From positions 102,359-166,358 of the forward strand of contig CALWDE010000004.1 of NCBI GenBank assembly GCA_944376605.1: 64,000 bases of DNA, read 5' to 3'. A program made the translations under genes and the position numbers. The notes beneath the pieces were generated by a model. That model made no database searches. It was given only the letters and a program-made list of their open reading frames with translations, and was not told the origin of the DNA. This DNA comes from an uncultured Bacilli bacterium (GTDB lineage: Bacteria; Bacillota_I; Bacilli_A; RFN20; CAG-826). Positions 20,043-30,535 of this stretch are shown piece by piece (within the stretch, counting starts at the first letter, position 1; every line of letters starts with the position of its first letter).

Positions 20043-20944
20043 AAAGATTGCTCCGCAATAGCCTTCGCTATTTTAGCCCCTAAAGATGCATTCGAGATAG
20101 CAAGAGCAATATTTGTTTCTAATGATTTGCCTTTGCTTAACTCCACAATCTTCCCTAAAAGGAAGGGAGTGGAAGCTTTTCCGTGAATTCCTTTTTCTTC
20201 CGCCTCTTTTAAAGCTTCTTCAATAACTGGATCTATATCTTTGTGATCTAAGGCTAATTCTTTGGGACAAGGGTTTGATACTAATATTCCACCTTTTAAT
20301 TTTAGTTTTCGCCTAGCCAAAATAATTTTTGCAGCCTCATTTACGTTCTCAAAAACGTAATCCACTGGTAAACCAGAATCTTGGCTATAAAAGTCCGCTA
20401 AGTGAGGGAGTTGGTAAGATAAAACAGTAACTCCTTCCGTTTCAAGAACTTCTACTGTTTTTGGTAAATCCAAAATAGCTTTTACACCAGAAGAGACAAC
20501 GGTGATGTTGCTATTACCAAGTTCAAGTAAATCGCGAGAAATATCAAAAGTTTCTTCCGCTCCACGATGAACTCCGCCAATTCCGCCTGTTGCAAACACT
20601 TCAATACCGGCTTCTTCTGCAAAAATAATTGTGGCACTCACTGTTGTTGCGCCCCATCTTCCTAAAGCAACGCAAACTGCTAAATCGCGACGCGATACTT
20701 TCATAACATCTTTTCGTGTCGCCATTTCTAATAATTCATCTTTATTTAAACCAACAACAGGTTCCCCGTTCACAATGCCGATGGTAGCAGGTATTGCACC
20801 TTCTTTTCTAACCGCTTCTTCTAACGCTAAAGCGGTCTCGTAGTTTTTAGGATACGGCATCCCGTGAGCAATAATCGTGCTTTCTAAAGCCACTACAGGG
20901 AAACCATCTTTCAAAGCTTTTTGAATATCGTCACGAATTCTCAT
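20039..20944 (-). CDS. psuG: Pseudouridine-5'-phosphate glycosidase
   Basis: VVALESTIIAHGMPYP and overall IndA/PsuG pattern (~300 aa). Confidence 0.85.
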   Translation of the reverse strand: MRIRDDIQKALKDGFPVVALESTIIAHGMPYPKNYETALALEEAVRKEGAIPATIGIVNGEPVVGLNKDELLEMATRKDVMKVSRRDLAVCVALGRWGATTVSATIIFAEEAGIEVFATGGIGGVHRGAEETFDISRDLLELGNSNITVVSSGVKAILDLPKTVEVLETEGVTVLSYQLPHLADFYSQDSGLPVDYVFENVNEAAKIILARRKLKLKGGILVSNPCPKELALDHKDIDPVIEEALKEAEEKGIHGKASTPFLLGKIVELSKGKSLETNIALAISNASLGAKIAKAIAEQSL

Positions 20945-23429
20945 GAGATTCCTCCTTTCCTAAATTTATTCTCTTTTTCATTTTAAGCGAGAAAAGGGCA
21001 TTGATAGCAAGATAAAGTAAACCAGTTCCAATCGATAAACATAAAACCAAGATTAAATGCCACCCATTCATACCATCAATCACAATATCAAAGAAGTGAA
21101 GGTTACAGCCAACATCAATACCAAAAGCAATCGCTCCGCACGCTAAAAGCCCAAAGAAAACAAGAGAACGATATAAATCCAGCGGCAAGCAAACTTGGAA
21201 TAAAATAAAGTAGGCCATAATAGAGAAACCAATTACCGCGCAGTTTTTAGCAATATCTAAACTCATAAAAGAAGGGTTTGCCCATGCTACGCAATAAATC
21301 ACTAACACAATAAGCACAGAACAAATTCCAGAAGGTACGGCCTTTTTTAAGATATTTTGTACAAAAGAACCTTGTAGTTTTTCATTGGTCGGCTGCAAGG
21401 CTAAAAAGAAGCCACCCGCGCCAATAGTGCCTACTTCCCAAATAAACATATTTTTTGTAGAGAAGGGGTAATCTGGTCCACCAAACCAAGATACCATTAA
21501 AAAGATTAGAGAAAGCACAACCGCAAAAACAGTTTTAGAAAGAAATAAAGAAGCTGTTCTTTGCAAGTTATTAATAACTCTTCTACCTTCCGCCACAACA
21601 TCAGGTAATTTAGAAAAATCATTATCTAAAGATACTAGATGAGCAGCGTTTCTTGCTGCGCTAGAACCTGAGGCCATAGCAATAGAACAATCCGCTTTCT
21701 TTAAAGCGATAATGTCATTTACTCCGTCGCCTGTCATAGCTACCTTATGTCCTGCTTCTTGTAAGCTTTCAATAAGCATGGCTTTTTGCTCTGGACGCAC
21801 TCTTCCAAAAACTGCATACTCACTTGCAACTTCAGGAATCTTTTCATCAGGAACATCGACTAAAGAAAGATAACTTTCTGCATGAGGGACCCCGCACTCT
21901 TCCGCAATACGCGAAACAGTTAAGGGGTTATCACCAGAGATAACTTTTATCTCCACCCCGTTTTTCACAAACCATTCAATATTTGCTCTTGCGTCTTCTT
22001 TAATATGATCACCTAAAACAGCAAGACCGATCATAGAAAGTTTAGAGGGCATCTCTCCTGGCTTCATAACATCTTTTGAAAAATACAAACCAACTGTTCT
22101 TAACCCTTGTTTTGATAAGGAAAGAATTCTAGCTTCTGCTTCCTCGTTCTTTTTTGCAATCACCATTTCAGGAGCACCAATTAAAAATGTGCCAATACCA
22201 GCAAAACTTGCCGCACTCCATTTTCGTTCCGAATCAAAGGGAATTGCAGCGATTTTACTGTACTCTGTTCCGTCTCCTGCATAATGAGACAAAGCTAAAG
22301 CGGTGCTATTCCCGTCGCCTGTTGCAAGAAACAAAGAACGAAGCAAACGCTTCACTTCTACTTCTGTAAAGTCGTTCCAAATATAAACATCTTTTAGTTT
22401 TAGTGCCCCATCTGTTAAGGTTCCTGTTTTGTCAAAACATAACACGTCGACCCTTGCTAACATTTCAATACAATAAAGTTCTTGAACGTTCATTCTCTTT
22501 TGGGCCAAGTTAATAATTCCGATGGTAAGCGTTAGGGAAGTTAATAAATAAAGTCCAGCAGGGATCATTGCAGTTAACGATCCTGAAAAGCGAATCATGA
22601 ATTCTTGATAGGAGGAATAGTTAACGCCAATTCCGTCCAAATACGACTGCGTAACCCAAGTAAGGATTGTCATTACTCCAATAAAAATGGCGACAATTCC
22701 GCATACAAGAAAGAGTTTTAAATAGGTTCCTTTTAATTCACTATTGGGTCTTTTAAACTGCTTAGCAGCATCTCTTAATCCTTCTAAATAATTCGCAGCG
22801 CCTACTCTATTTGCTTCACACCAAACCTTCCCTGCTTTCACATAAGAACCAGATAAAAGTTGGTCCCCTATCTTTTTAGGAACACTGTCGCTTTCTCCAG
22901 TTAAAAGCGATTCATCCACATCACATCTGCCGTTTACTACAAGGCAATCAGTAGGAACTTGATCACCTGCACTTAACAGTAAAATATCAGATAAAACAAT
23001 ATCTCTAGGCTCAATTTTTTCTTCTTTTCCATTTCGAATAACTCTTGCTTTTGGGTCAGTTAAAAGGCGCATTTTGTCCACAAGTCTTCTTGCATTAATG
23101 TCTGCTAAAACACCCAAAATGATGTTACACAAAATAGGTACTAAAAAGAAAAAGTAGGTAATATTTGTGTTTGCTACCGCCATCATAATTGCGATAGCAA
23201 AGAACACTAAGTTAAAAAAGGAAAAGATGTTGTCGCAAAATATTTGCCAATAGGTTTTGGTTACCTTTTTTGGCGTTTTATTTGTTAAACCTTCTTTTTC
23301 ACGAACACTAACTTGATTGCTGGTTAAACCTACAGAAAAATCAACATCAAAACTCTCAGCGTTTTGAATTTTCTTCAATAATTCTTCTTTCTTGGTCGGC
23401 CGTTCCTTCATCGCCAAAAATTGTAACAT
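20931..23429 (-). CDS. Cation-transporting P-type ATPase (type II-like)
   Basis: DKTGTLT phosphorylation motif, TGDGVNDIIALKKAD hinge motif, ~10 TM segments. Confidence 0.85.
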   Translation of the reverse strand: MLQFLAMKERPTKKEELLKKIQNAESFDVDFSVGLTSNQVSVREKEGLTNKTPKKVTKTYWQIFCDNIFSFFNLVFFAIAIMMAVANTNITYFFFLVPILCNIILGVLADINARRLVDKMRLLTDPKARVIRNGKEEKIEPRDIVLSDILLLSAGDQVPTDCLVVNGRCDVDESLLTGESDSVPKKIGDQLLSGSYVKAGKVWCEANRVGAANYLEGLRDAAKQFKRPNSELKGTYLKLFLVCGIVAIFIGVMTILTWVTQSYLDGIGVNYSSYQEFMIRFSGSLTAMIPAGLYLLTSLTLTIGIINLAQKRMNVQELYCIEMLARVDVLCFDKTGTLTDGALKLKDVYIWNDFTEVEVKRLLRSLFLATGDGNSTALALSHYAGDGTEYSKIAAIPFDSERKWSAASFAGIGTFLIGAPEMVIAKKNEEAEARILSLSKQGLRTVGLYFSKDVMKPGEMPSKLSMIGLAVLGDHIKEDARANIEWFVKNGVEIKVISGDNPLTVSRIAEECGVPHAESYLSLVDVPDEKIPEVASEYAVFGRVRPEQKAMLIESLQEAGHKVAMTGDGVNDIIALKKADCSIAMASGSSAARNAAHLVSLDNDFSKLPDVVAEGRRVINNLQRTASLFLSKTVFAVVLSLIFLMVSWFGGPDYPFSTKNMFIWEVGTIGAGGFFLALQPTNEKLQGSFVQNILKKAVPSGICSVLIVLVIYCVAWANPSFMSLDIAKNCAVIGFSIMAYFILFQVCLPLDLYRSLVFFGLLACGAIAFGIDVGCNLHFFDIVIDGMNGWHLILVLCLSIGTGLLYLAINALFSLKMKKRINLGKEESHENS

Positions 23430-23431
23430 AC

Positions 23432-26320
23432 TTACTCACTTCTTAGGGCAGCGACTGGATCCTTTTTTGCAGCTATTCTGCTAGGAATAAACCCTGCTAA
23501 CCAAGAAAGCAAAGTTGATATCACAATCATAATCAAGGCGCTATACCAAGCTAAAACCGCAATCGTTCCAAGTCTTTGATCCGTAAATATGGAATTAATC
23601 ATTGCGTTAATTGGTAAGCAAAGAACAAGAGTCAAAAGGACACCGATTACACCAGAAGCAAAGCCAACTAATAGGCACTCCGCTTCAAATAAATGACCAA
23701 CATCTTTTTTCCGTGCCCCACACGCTCTTAAAACACCTATCTCTTTCGTTCTCTCTAACACAGAAACATAAGTGGTGACCGCAGTCATAATCGAGGAAAC
23801 AATCAGTGATAAAGAAGCAAACACAATAAGAACTAGAGAAATCATATCAATTAGCATTGATAAGGCGTCGGTAAAGTTTCCCATTAAATCGGTGTATAGA
23901 ATTTGATCCTGTGTTGACTTTCCTTCGTTATAAGAATCTAAACGTTCCAAAATAGCGGGTTTTGTCGTCAAAGATTCAGGGAAAATTAAAATGGAAGTAA
24001 TGTTAGAGTAACTGTTTGTATAGGCTAAAAAATCGCTAAGACGTAATGCGCTAGAAGTGGAGTCAAAGAAGTCAGGTGTAATAAGTTCAGTTAAAAGAGA
24101 AAGGATTTCCAAAAGAGATAAATCACTATCTTCTTGGAGACTTTCCATGATGCTTGCAACTTCGTCTTGACGAAAGTTCGCACCAATCGCTTGAGCATTG
24201 GCTAAGAAAGAGTTACAGGAGGTGGAATAACGATAAGAAACGCTGTCGCCTGTATCTTCGTAATAAGAGAAATCGACCCAACAAACTGCACTAGAAACGT
24301 TATTGATGGCTGACTGCAATGACTGCGCAACAGCAAGTTGACTGTTTTGAGATCCTTCGCTTGCACTAACTACACTTTGCACACTAGTAACCGCTTCTTG
24401 AATTTTCTCATTAAGATAGGCAAGGCCGTCTCTACCTTCGCCATTAATGTTGATTGTTTCAGGAATATACCATGCCTCTGTGGCAGCTTTTTGAATTGCT
24501 TTTGTTTCTTCTTGATTTATGTCTTCAACAAAATAGTCTGTCAAAGAAGAAAGATAACCAATCGAACTGGGCATTAAAGTAATGTAGGTATCTTCAGAGG
24601 GACGAATTACCCCAACAATTTCTAATTCCATACCTTCATAAGAAGGGTCGTTATAAATCGAAGCAAAATCTTCGCTAGTGGGTTTATCGTACAAGGTAAT
24701 AGTTTTATCAATAACTTTTCCTTCTACGTAAATGCCACTAGATGCACCGCTTAAAAGAGAAACGTCATCAATTTGATAAGAAGGAATGGTAATTTCTTTC
24801 GGATTTTTATAGTAAGAAGAGACAGAAAATACTTTGAAAGTTTTTCCTTGATGGGAAGAGGTTGTCACGATATCTGCAAAAGAAATACTAGTGGGAGCAT
24901 CTTCTTGAGAAGCGTAAAAGCCAAGATCTACCAAAGTTGCAACATCAACGCGGTTATATTCATCTGTAATGAGTACAACTTCATTTGGATTAGTAGGAAA
25001 TTTCCCATAAATAAGGTCGTACATATCACTTAATCCTTCTTCTTCCATATATAACTCATGGAAAATAGTAGAAGGAACAGGAGATAATCCGCTTACAAGA
25101 GAAGCACCAAGTGAAGCGTCATCATATTGATTCACCTCAACATATTCCCCAGAACCAGGTGTTACACCTAACTCGGTAATCATGTTGAAATCAAGCCCTT
25201 CGCGGTTAATCAAAATAGATTTTGCTAATCCATCATCTATAAGAGGATTTAAAACCTGGTTGATATAATCTGAATTATTTAAATCGTTTGTATGACTGAT
25301 ATAACTGTGAACGTATCCGTTATAAACATAAAGATTGTCATCTTCCGGATAAAGAACAGGATCTTCGTTTTCTTCTCCAATTAAACTAACTTGGCTTCTG
25401 CTGATAGTAATTGGCATAGAAGAAGCGATAGAAGACTCAACATTTGTAACAAAATTACTAAAACCATTTGTAATAGCAAGCACTAAAGAAACACCAATAA
25501 CCCCAAAACAAGTCGCCAAAATGGTAAGAAACGTTCTCCCTTTCTTTGTAGAAAGAGAACCAAAACTAGTTCTAATGGCAGTCCAAAGACTCATAGAAGT
25601 GCGTTTTTGCAAATTATCTTCCTTTTTTGCAGGGATATTGGAAGTGTAAGGGTTAGAATCTTTAACGATTTTCCCATCTTCCATCTCAATAATTCTTGAA
25701 GCGTACTTTTCTGCCAAAAGAGCGTTATGGGTAACCATAATAACAAGTCTCTTTTTGGAAATTTCTTTTAATAAATCCATGACTTGCACTGAGGTTTTGC
25801 TATCTAACGCTCCTGTTGGTTCGTCTGCCAAAATGACCGCCGGTTCATTTACCATAGCGCGCGCAATAGCAACGCGTTGCATCTGTCCTCCTGATAGCTC
25901 GGTAGGCTTTTTCTCTTCCTCACTCTCTAAACCAACTAACGCTAACGCTTTTTTTGCTTTTTGTTTTCTTTCTTCTCTTTTGGCTCCATTTAACATCAAA
26001 GGAACCTCAACGTTTTCTAAAACAGAAAAATGGGTAATAAGGTTATAGTTTTGAAACACAAATCCGATATGAGTGTTTCGATAAGCGTCCCAATCTTTGT
26101 CTTGATAGTTTTTGGTGCTGGCCTTATTAACAAGAAGGTCGCCTTCTTGATACTGATCTAAGCCCCCTATCACATTTAATAAGGTTGTTTTTCCGCATCC
26201 AGAAGGACCTAATATGGCAACAAATCCGTTATCAGGGAACATTAAATTAATTTCACCAAGCGTGAAAGCAGACTCTCCTTTTAGAAGATATGATTTCTTA
26301 ATCCCTTTTAACTCAATCAT
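23432..26320 (-). CDS. Fused ABC transporter ATP-binding/permease protein (MacB/FtsX-like) with large extracytoplasmic domain
   Basis: N-terminal Walker [10 protein letters not shown], signature [14 protein letters not shown], then TM, a ~600-aa extracellular domain and C-terminal FtsX-type TMs. Confidence 0.8.
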   Translation of the reverse strand: MIELKGIKKSYLLKGESAFTLGEINLMFPDNGFVAILGPSGCGKTTLLNVIGGLDQYQEGDLLVNKASTKNYQDKDWDAYRNTHIGFVFQNYNLITHFSVLENVEVPLMLNGAKREERKQKAKKALALVGLESEEEKKPTELSGGQMQRVAIARAMVNEPAVILADEPTGALDSKTSVQVMDLLKEISKKRLVIMVTHNALLAEKYASRIIEMEDGKIVKDSNPYTSNIPAKKEDNLQKRTSMSLWTAIRTSFGSLSTKKGRTFLTILATCFGVIGVSLVLAITNGFSNFVTNVESSIASSMPITISRSQVSLIGEENEDPVLYPEDDNLYVYNGYVHSYISHTNDLNNSDYINQVLNPLIDDGLAKSILINREGLDFNMITELGVTPGSGEYVEVNQYDDASLGASLVSGLSPVPSTIFHELYMEEEGLSDMYDLIYGKFPTNPNEVVLITDEYNRVDVATLVDLGFYASQEDAPTSISFADIVTTSSHQGKTFKVFSVSSYYKNPKEITIPSYQIDDVSLLSGASSGIYVEGKVIDKTITLYDKPTSEDFASIYNDPSYEGMELEIVGVIRPSEDTYITLMPSSIGYLSSLTDYFVEDINQEETKAIQKAATEAWYIPETININGEGRDGLAYLNEKIQEAVTSVQSVVSASEGSQNSQLAVAQSLQSAINNVSSAVCWVDFSYYEDTGDSVSYRYSTSCNSFLANAQAIGANFRQDEVASIMESLQEDSDLSLLEILSLLTELITPDFFDSTSSALRLSDFLAYTNSYSNITSILIFPESLTTKPAILERLDSYNEGKSTQDQILYTDLMGNFTDALSMLIDMISLVLIVFASLSLIVSSIMTAVTTYVSVLERTKEIGVLRACGARKKDVGHLFEAECLLVGFASGVIGVLLTLVLCLPINAMINSIFTDQRLGTIAVLAWYSALIMIVISTLLSWLAGFIPSRIAAKKDPVAALRSE

Positions 26321-26364
26321 TTGTTTTTTATTCTCAAAGATATTGGGAGGATGTCACGTAAAAA

Positions 26365-26820
26365 TTATTGTCTTTTTCTTATACTTTCAAAGTAACTAGA
26401 AAGCAAGTCGCTGCATTCTTTTTCTTTGATACCAAAATCAATTAAAGGCCGCTCGTGCAAAGAAGGAACGTCATAGACACGGTAACGAGAAATAATTGCT
26501 CCATCTTTGTTATCTCTTGCCCCAAAAACAACCCTTTTTACTCGTGCTTGTAAAATCGCTCCTGCACACATCAAGCAAGGTTCCAATGTAACATACAAAG
26601 TGCAATCTTTGCATTGCCAAGAATTGAGAGTTTGCGCTGCTTTTTCTAAAACAACAATTTCTGCATGAGCGCTTATTTTTTTACCTTTTTCTCTTTCGTT
26701 ATGACCTTGTGCAACTACCTTATTATCAAGCACTAAAACTGCCCCTACAGGGATTTCGCCTTCTTCTAGCGCAAGCCTTGCCTCTTTTAAGGCAATATCC
26801 ATGTAATGTTCGTCCGTCAT
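26365..26820 (-). CDS. tadA: tRNA-specific adenosine deaminase
   Basis: HAEIVVL and PCLMCAGAI zinc-ligand motifs. Confidence 0.85.
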   Translation of the reverse strand: MTDEHYMDIALKEARLALEEGEIPVGAVLVLDNKVVAQGHNEREKGKKISAHAEIVVLEKAAQTLNSWQCKDCTLYVTLEPCLMCAGAILQARVKRVVFGARDNKDGAIISRYRVYDVPSLHERPLIDFGIKEKECSDLLSSYFESIRKRQ

Positions 26821-28091
26821 ATTTCAATATCACCAAAAGGAGAATTTAAGTTTAACTTTTCTAGCGCTAAAGCTTCATAAGGAGTTTTAACATCGTGCTT
26901 TTTTGCTAAATCGTAACACTTTTGAAAATATAGGGTCGCTTGATACGTATCTTGCTTCACTCCGAATCCTTCTTCGTAGCAAAATCCCACTTTATAAAGA
27001 GCTTCCGGAAAAGGATTTCTTTCGCAAGCTTTTCGATAATAAGTGAAAGCAAGAGCTGGGTTTTTATTTACAATTCCGTAACCGTTTTTGTAATAATCAC
27101 CCATTCTTGTCATAGCAAGGGAGTCACCTTGAAAATAAGCACTTTTTCTTGTTGTGGAAGCATCTCTAAAATAGGAAAAAGCTTTTTTCTTATCCATTAA
27201 AACACCATTCCCGCCTTCAAAATAACATTCCCCAATGTTTGTAAAAATGTTCTGATTTCGTTTATCCTTTTTTAACGAAATAGAATAGTGTTTTATCGCT
27301 AAATCGTAACGTTTTTTGCCGTATTTCCCGTAAAAATAGTCGTCCGCTAAATGGTAATTATTTGCGTAGTAAGAATTACAAAATCCATCATAAGCAGAGG
27401 AGATGAAGGCCGCTTTTCTTGCACATTCTTCTGCTTTTACTAAATCAATGGGAAATCCGCGATACCCCCATTTGTAATTAACGCCAACCGTGCTTAATGC
27501 TTCCGAAAAACCCCCTTCAGCACTCCGCTTTAAATATTCAAGACCCGCCTCATCTTCCACAAAGCGGTAATAATCAGAAAAATACATGCCGTATAAAGAA
27601 CCGCGTTTTGCACTTTCAACAATTAGCGCTTCATAATCTGGATAAGAAGGGGAGGAGAAATAACCGTAATTAAGCCTTGCTAAGCGGTATGGAGCATCAG
27701 GATTACCTTCTCTTGTTAGTTTCCAAGCTTCTTCCTTTTGCCTTTCTAATTCTTTATGACACTCTTCATAAGCCCATTCACAGTATTTTCGAATCTCTTC
27801 ACTCGCCTCGTTCATTTTTCCATATTCAAAATGACGTAAGGCTAACTGCAAACTTTGTGGAGTACCAAGTCCATTTCTTTCTAAATAACCAAGTCTCATG
27901 TTTGTTTCGTAACAGATTCCAACATGATGTTGGTCAGCAAAGGTATACCAGTAGTAGGCTTCCTCATAATCTTTTTCTACATTTTTCCCAAAATCATAAA
28001 TATGGCCAAGTTCTAGAGCAGAAGAAAAATCTTCTTCAAATAATGCTTTTTCAACAAAAGGAATGAGATTTGCAGGGTAATTAAGGATCAT
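26817..28091 (-). CDS. Sel1/TPR-like repeat protein (cytoplasmic)
   Basis: Multiple Sel1-like repeats (GxGV..D...A..WY.KAA pattern). No signal peptide. Confidence 0.65.
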   Translation of the reverse strand: MILNYPANLIPFVEKALFEEDFSSALELGHIYDFGKNVEKDYEEAYYWYTFADQHHVGICYETNMRLGYLERNGLGTPQSLQLALRHFEYGKMNEASEEIRKYCEWAYEECHKELERQKEEAWKLTREGNPDAPYRLARLNYGYFSSPSYPDYEALIVESAKRGSLYGMYFSDYYRFVEDEAGLEYLKRSAEGGFSEALSTVGVNYKWGYRGFPIDLVKAEECARKAAFISSAYDGFCNSYYANNYHLADDYFYGKYGKKRYDLAIKHYSISLKKDKRNQNIFTNIGECYFEGGNGVLMDKKKAFSYFRDASTTRKSAYFQGDSLAMTRMGDYYKNGYGIVNKNPALAFTYYRKACERNPFPEALYKVGFCYEEGFGVKQDTYQATLYFQKCYDLAKKHDVKTPYEALALEKLNLNSPFGDIEI

Positions 28092-28135
28092 ATCAACTCC
28101 GAGAAAAGTGTAACAAATTTAAGAAAAAATGAAAA

Positions 28136-28222
28136 TAAAAAACCACCGCGCAGAGCGAGTGACCTTAAGGCTGCTTGGTTCCCCACCTGACCTGGTTCGA
28201 TCATCTTCTCTCGCGATGGCTT
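28136..28222 (-). ncRNA. ffs: Signal recognition particle RNA (small bacterial 4.5S/scRNA type)
   Basis: Minus strand reads CCAGGUCAGGUGGGGAACCAAGCAGCC, matching the conserved SRP domain IV (E. coli CCAGGUCAGGUCCGGAAGGAAGCAGCC). 5' and 3' ends pair. TGcTATAAT extended -10 lies just upstream and a U-tract downstream. Position between tadA and serS, as in Bacillus (scr). Confidence 0.8.
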
Positions 28223-28238
28223 TTGTATTATAGCAATT

Positions 28239-29522
28239 TTATTTTTTAGGAAGGATTCTTTCTTTTCCACCCATAAACGGACGTAACACCTCTGGAATAA
28301 GAACGGAGCCATCTTCTTGCTGGCACTGCTCTAATAAAGCAGGGAATACCCGGGATGTAGCAAGCCCGGAGCCATTTAGTGTGTGGCAATAGTGGACTTT
28401 CCCGTCTTTATCTTTATAACGGACCATTCCTCTTCTTGCTTGATAATCTCTTGCATTAGAAACACTACTAACCTCTTTATAGATACCCATAGAAGGAATC
28501 CACACTTCGATATCATAAGTTCTAGCCATAGAATGGCTGCAGTCACCTGCTGCAAGTTTATCTAAGCGGTAGGTAAGACCTAATCCTTGTAAAAGGCGTT
28601 CCGCCTTTTCTACCATTTCTGCAAACGCAATGTCGCTCTTGTCGTCTTCTGTATACTGAACCATCTCGACCTTATTAAATTGATAGCCGCGAATCATTCC
28701 TCTCTCTTCTGTTCGGTAGCTGCCTGCTTCTTTTCGGTAACACGGGGTGTACGCAAAATATTTTTTAGGAAGTTCATCAAGAGAAAGGATTTCGTTTCTA
28801 TGAAGATTTACTAAAGCAGTTTCTGCAGTAGGAAGTAAAAACTTCTTTGGTTCCACTCCCTCTAAATAAAACACTTCATCACGGAATTTTGGAAATTGTC
28901 CTGAAGTATAGCCAGATTCCACATTTAATAAATGAGGTGGTAAAACAAACTGATAACCATCTTTTAAATGAGAAGAAATGAAGTAGTTGAGAAGCGCCCA
29001 TTCAAGTTCTGCACCTTCTCCTACATATATCCAAGTTCCCGAACCAGAAATTTTTGCTGCTCTTTTATAGTCAATAATGCCAAGAGACTCTGCTAAAGCA
29101 ACATGGTCTTTTGCTTGAAAAGAGAATTGAGGCTTTTCTCCCCATTCTTTAATGGGGTGGTTATTTTCTTTTCCTCCACCGACTAAATCATCGTCAGGTA
29201 AATTCGGAAGTACTTCAATTCTTGCTTGAATCTCGTTTTCTACTGTTTTTAATTCTTCCTCTTTTGCTTTGTTATTTGCTGCTAATTCACGAACTTTAGC
29301 AAAAATAGGAGCAGGATCTTTGCCTTCTTTTTTAAAAGAAGGAACGGAAGAGGTAAGACGATTTTGTTCTGCTTTATTACTTTCTACCTCTTTCCGTAAA
29401 CTTCTTCTTCTCTGGAATAAAGAAAGAAGAGGTTCTGGGTCAAAATCCCATAACTTCTTTTTTAACGCTTCTTTCACGTATTCTGGTTTTTCTTCAATTA
29501 ATTTTGGGTCGATCATAATCAT
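28239..29522 (-). CDS. serS: Seryl-tRNA synthetase
   Basis: Class II aaRS motifs (TPCYRKEAGSYRTEERGMIRGYQFNKVE), N-terminal coiled coil. Confidence 0.9.
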   Translation of the reverse strand: MIMIDPKLIEEKPEYVKEALKKKLWDFDPEPLLSLFQRRRSLRKEVESNKAEQNRLTSSVPSFKKEGKDPAPIFAKVRELAANNKAKEEELKTVENEIQARIEVLPNLPDDDLVGGGKENNHPIKEWGEKPQFSFQAKDHVALAESLGIIDYKRAAKISGSGTWIYVGEGAELEWALLNYFISSHLKDGYQFVLPPHLLNVESGYTSGQFPKFRDEVFYLEGVEPKKFLLPTAETALVNLHRNEILSLDELPKKYFAYTPCYRKEAGSYRTEERGMIRGYQFNKVEMVQYTEDDKSDIAFAEMVEKAERLLQGLGLTYRLDKLAAGDCSHSMARTYDIEVWIPSMGIYKEVSSVSNARDYQARRGMVRYKDKDGKVHYCHTLNGSGLATSRVFPALLEQCQQEDGSVLIPEVLRPFMGGKERILPKK

Positions 29523-30535
29523 TCCCTCTCTAATATTTTTTCATATCGAGTAACAACTTTTTTGCCAAGATGTAAGAGAGATTCTTCTCTTGCGCGACGA
29601 TAAGCCCGCTCGATATAAGAATCATAACCCTTACTAGCCCTTCCGTGCATAGCTTCTATAAGGCTTTTTTCTTCTTCAAAAACAAAACAGTCGTTTCCTT
29701 TTCGAAGATAGGATCCTGCGGGTAAATTACCATAGACGAAAATAGGAGTTTTGGAGGCCATTGCTTCTAATGCAGCGATAGGATTAGGCTCTCCTAAAAA
29801 GAGTAAAAAACTTGCGTCTTTTAAAGCGCTACGATAAACATCATCAGGCCATACCCCTTCGTAAGAAATATTACCTGGGCCTTTCTTAACAAGACGCTTT
29901 CTTAAACTAAAAAGGCGCCGCTTTTCATAACTTATCACCAAAAAGCGATATTCTCTTGCTTCATTTGCAAAAGAGGAGATTAGTTTCAATTCTTTATTAT
30001 CTCTGCAATTCGCAAAGATAATTGCGGTTTTTTCGTTTTCGCGGATATTAAAATATTGACGAAACACATCTTTTTCTAACTGATCTAACCCTTCAAAACG
30101 CGAAACATTTACTCCCGGAGAAAGGATCTCAATTTTGTCTGCATTTTGTCCGGAATCAATTAAAATTCCTTTTGCTCTAGCACTTGGAACAAAGATGAAA
30201 TCAGCACTCTTTAAAAGATGAACCGCTTTATTTTTTAAAGACTGGTAGCCGTCTTCCTCTTTTTCTAATAAGTAGGAAGCGGGAAGATCTTCTTCTGTAT
30301 ATAAGGCGCTGACTACCACTTTCGCGCCAGCCTCTTTCGCTTTTAGAGCAAAAGAGTCATCTTCTGGTGAGATAAGATGAACAATAGAAGGGCTTGCGTC
30401 TAAAGAATCAACAAGCTGCTCTCCTTGGCTTTCTAAAGCACCTTTTAAGTTTTTCCTAAGGCGGGAGGCGAGATAACTAGGCTCCCCCCTCCCTTCTAGA
30501 TAACGAACACAGATTTTCAATTTATTCCACCTCAT
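29519..30535 (-). CDS. GT4-family (group 1) glycosyltransferase, possible glycolipid synthase
   Basis: C-terminal EAMASKTPIF (GT4 E-x7-E region) and Rossmann GT-B halves. Start placed at the internal Met, since the longer ORF would overlap gyrA by 56 nt. 4-nt overlap with serS. Confidence 0.6.
   Translation of the reverse strand: MRWNKLKICVRYLEGRGEPSYLASRLRKNLKGALESQGEQLVDSLDASPSIVHLISPEDDSFALKAKEAGAKVVVSALYTEEDLPASYLLEKEEDGYQSLKNKAVHLLKSADFIFVPSARAKGILIDSGQNADKIEILSPGVNVSRFEGLDQLEKDVFRQYFNIRENEKTAIIFANCRDNKELKLISSFANEAREYRFLVISYEKRRLFSLRKRLVKKGPGNISYEGVWPDDVYRSALKDASFLLFLGEPNPIAALEAMASKTPIFVYGNLPAGSYLRKGNDCFVFEEEKSLIEAMHGRASKGYDSYIERAYRRAREESLLHLGKKVVTRYEKILERE

Noticed and set aside
28185-28200. 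GGTTCGATC tRNA T-loop-like motif on plus strand
   Set aside because: No acceptor, D or anticodon arms can be built. The motif is simply the complement of part of the SRP RNA 5' helix.
28088-28312. 74-aa minus-strand ORF in the ORF track
   Set aside because: It lies over the SRP RNA gene and its promoter and terminator; there is no coding signal.
29523-29560. Expected T-box leader upstream of serS
   Set aside because: The upstream glycosyltransferase gene overlaps the serS start, leaving no room for a leader.
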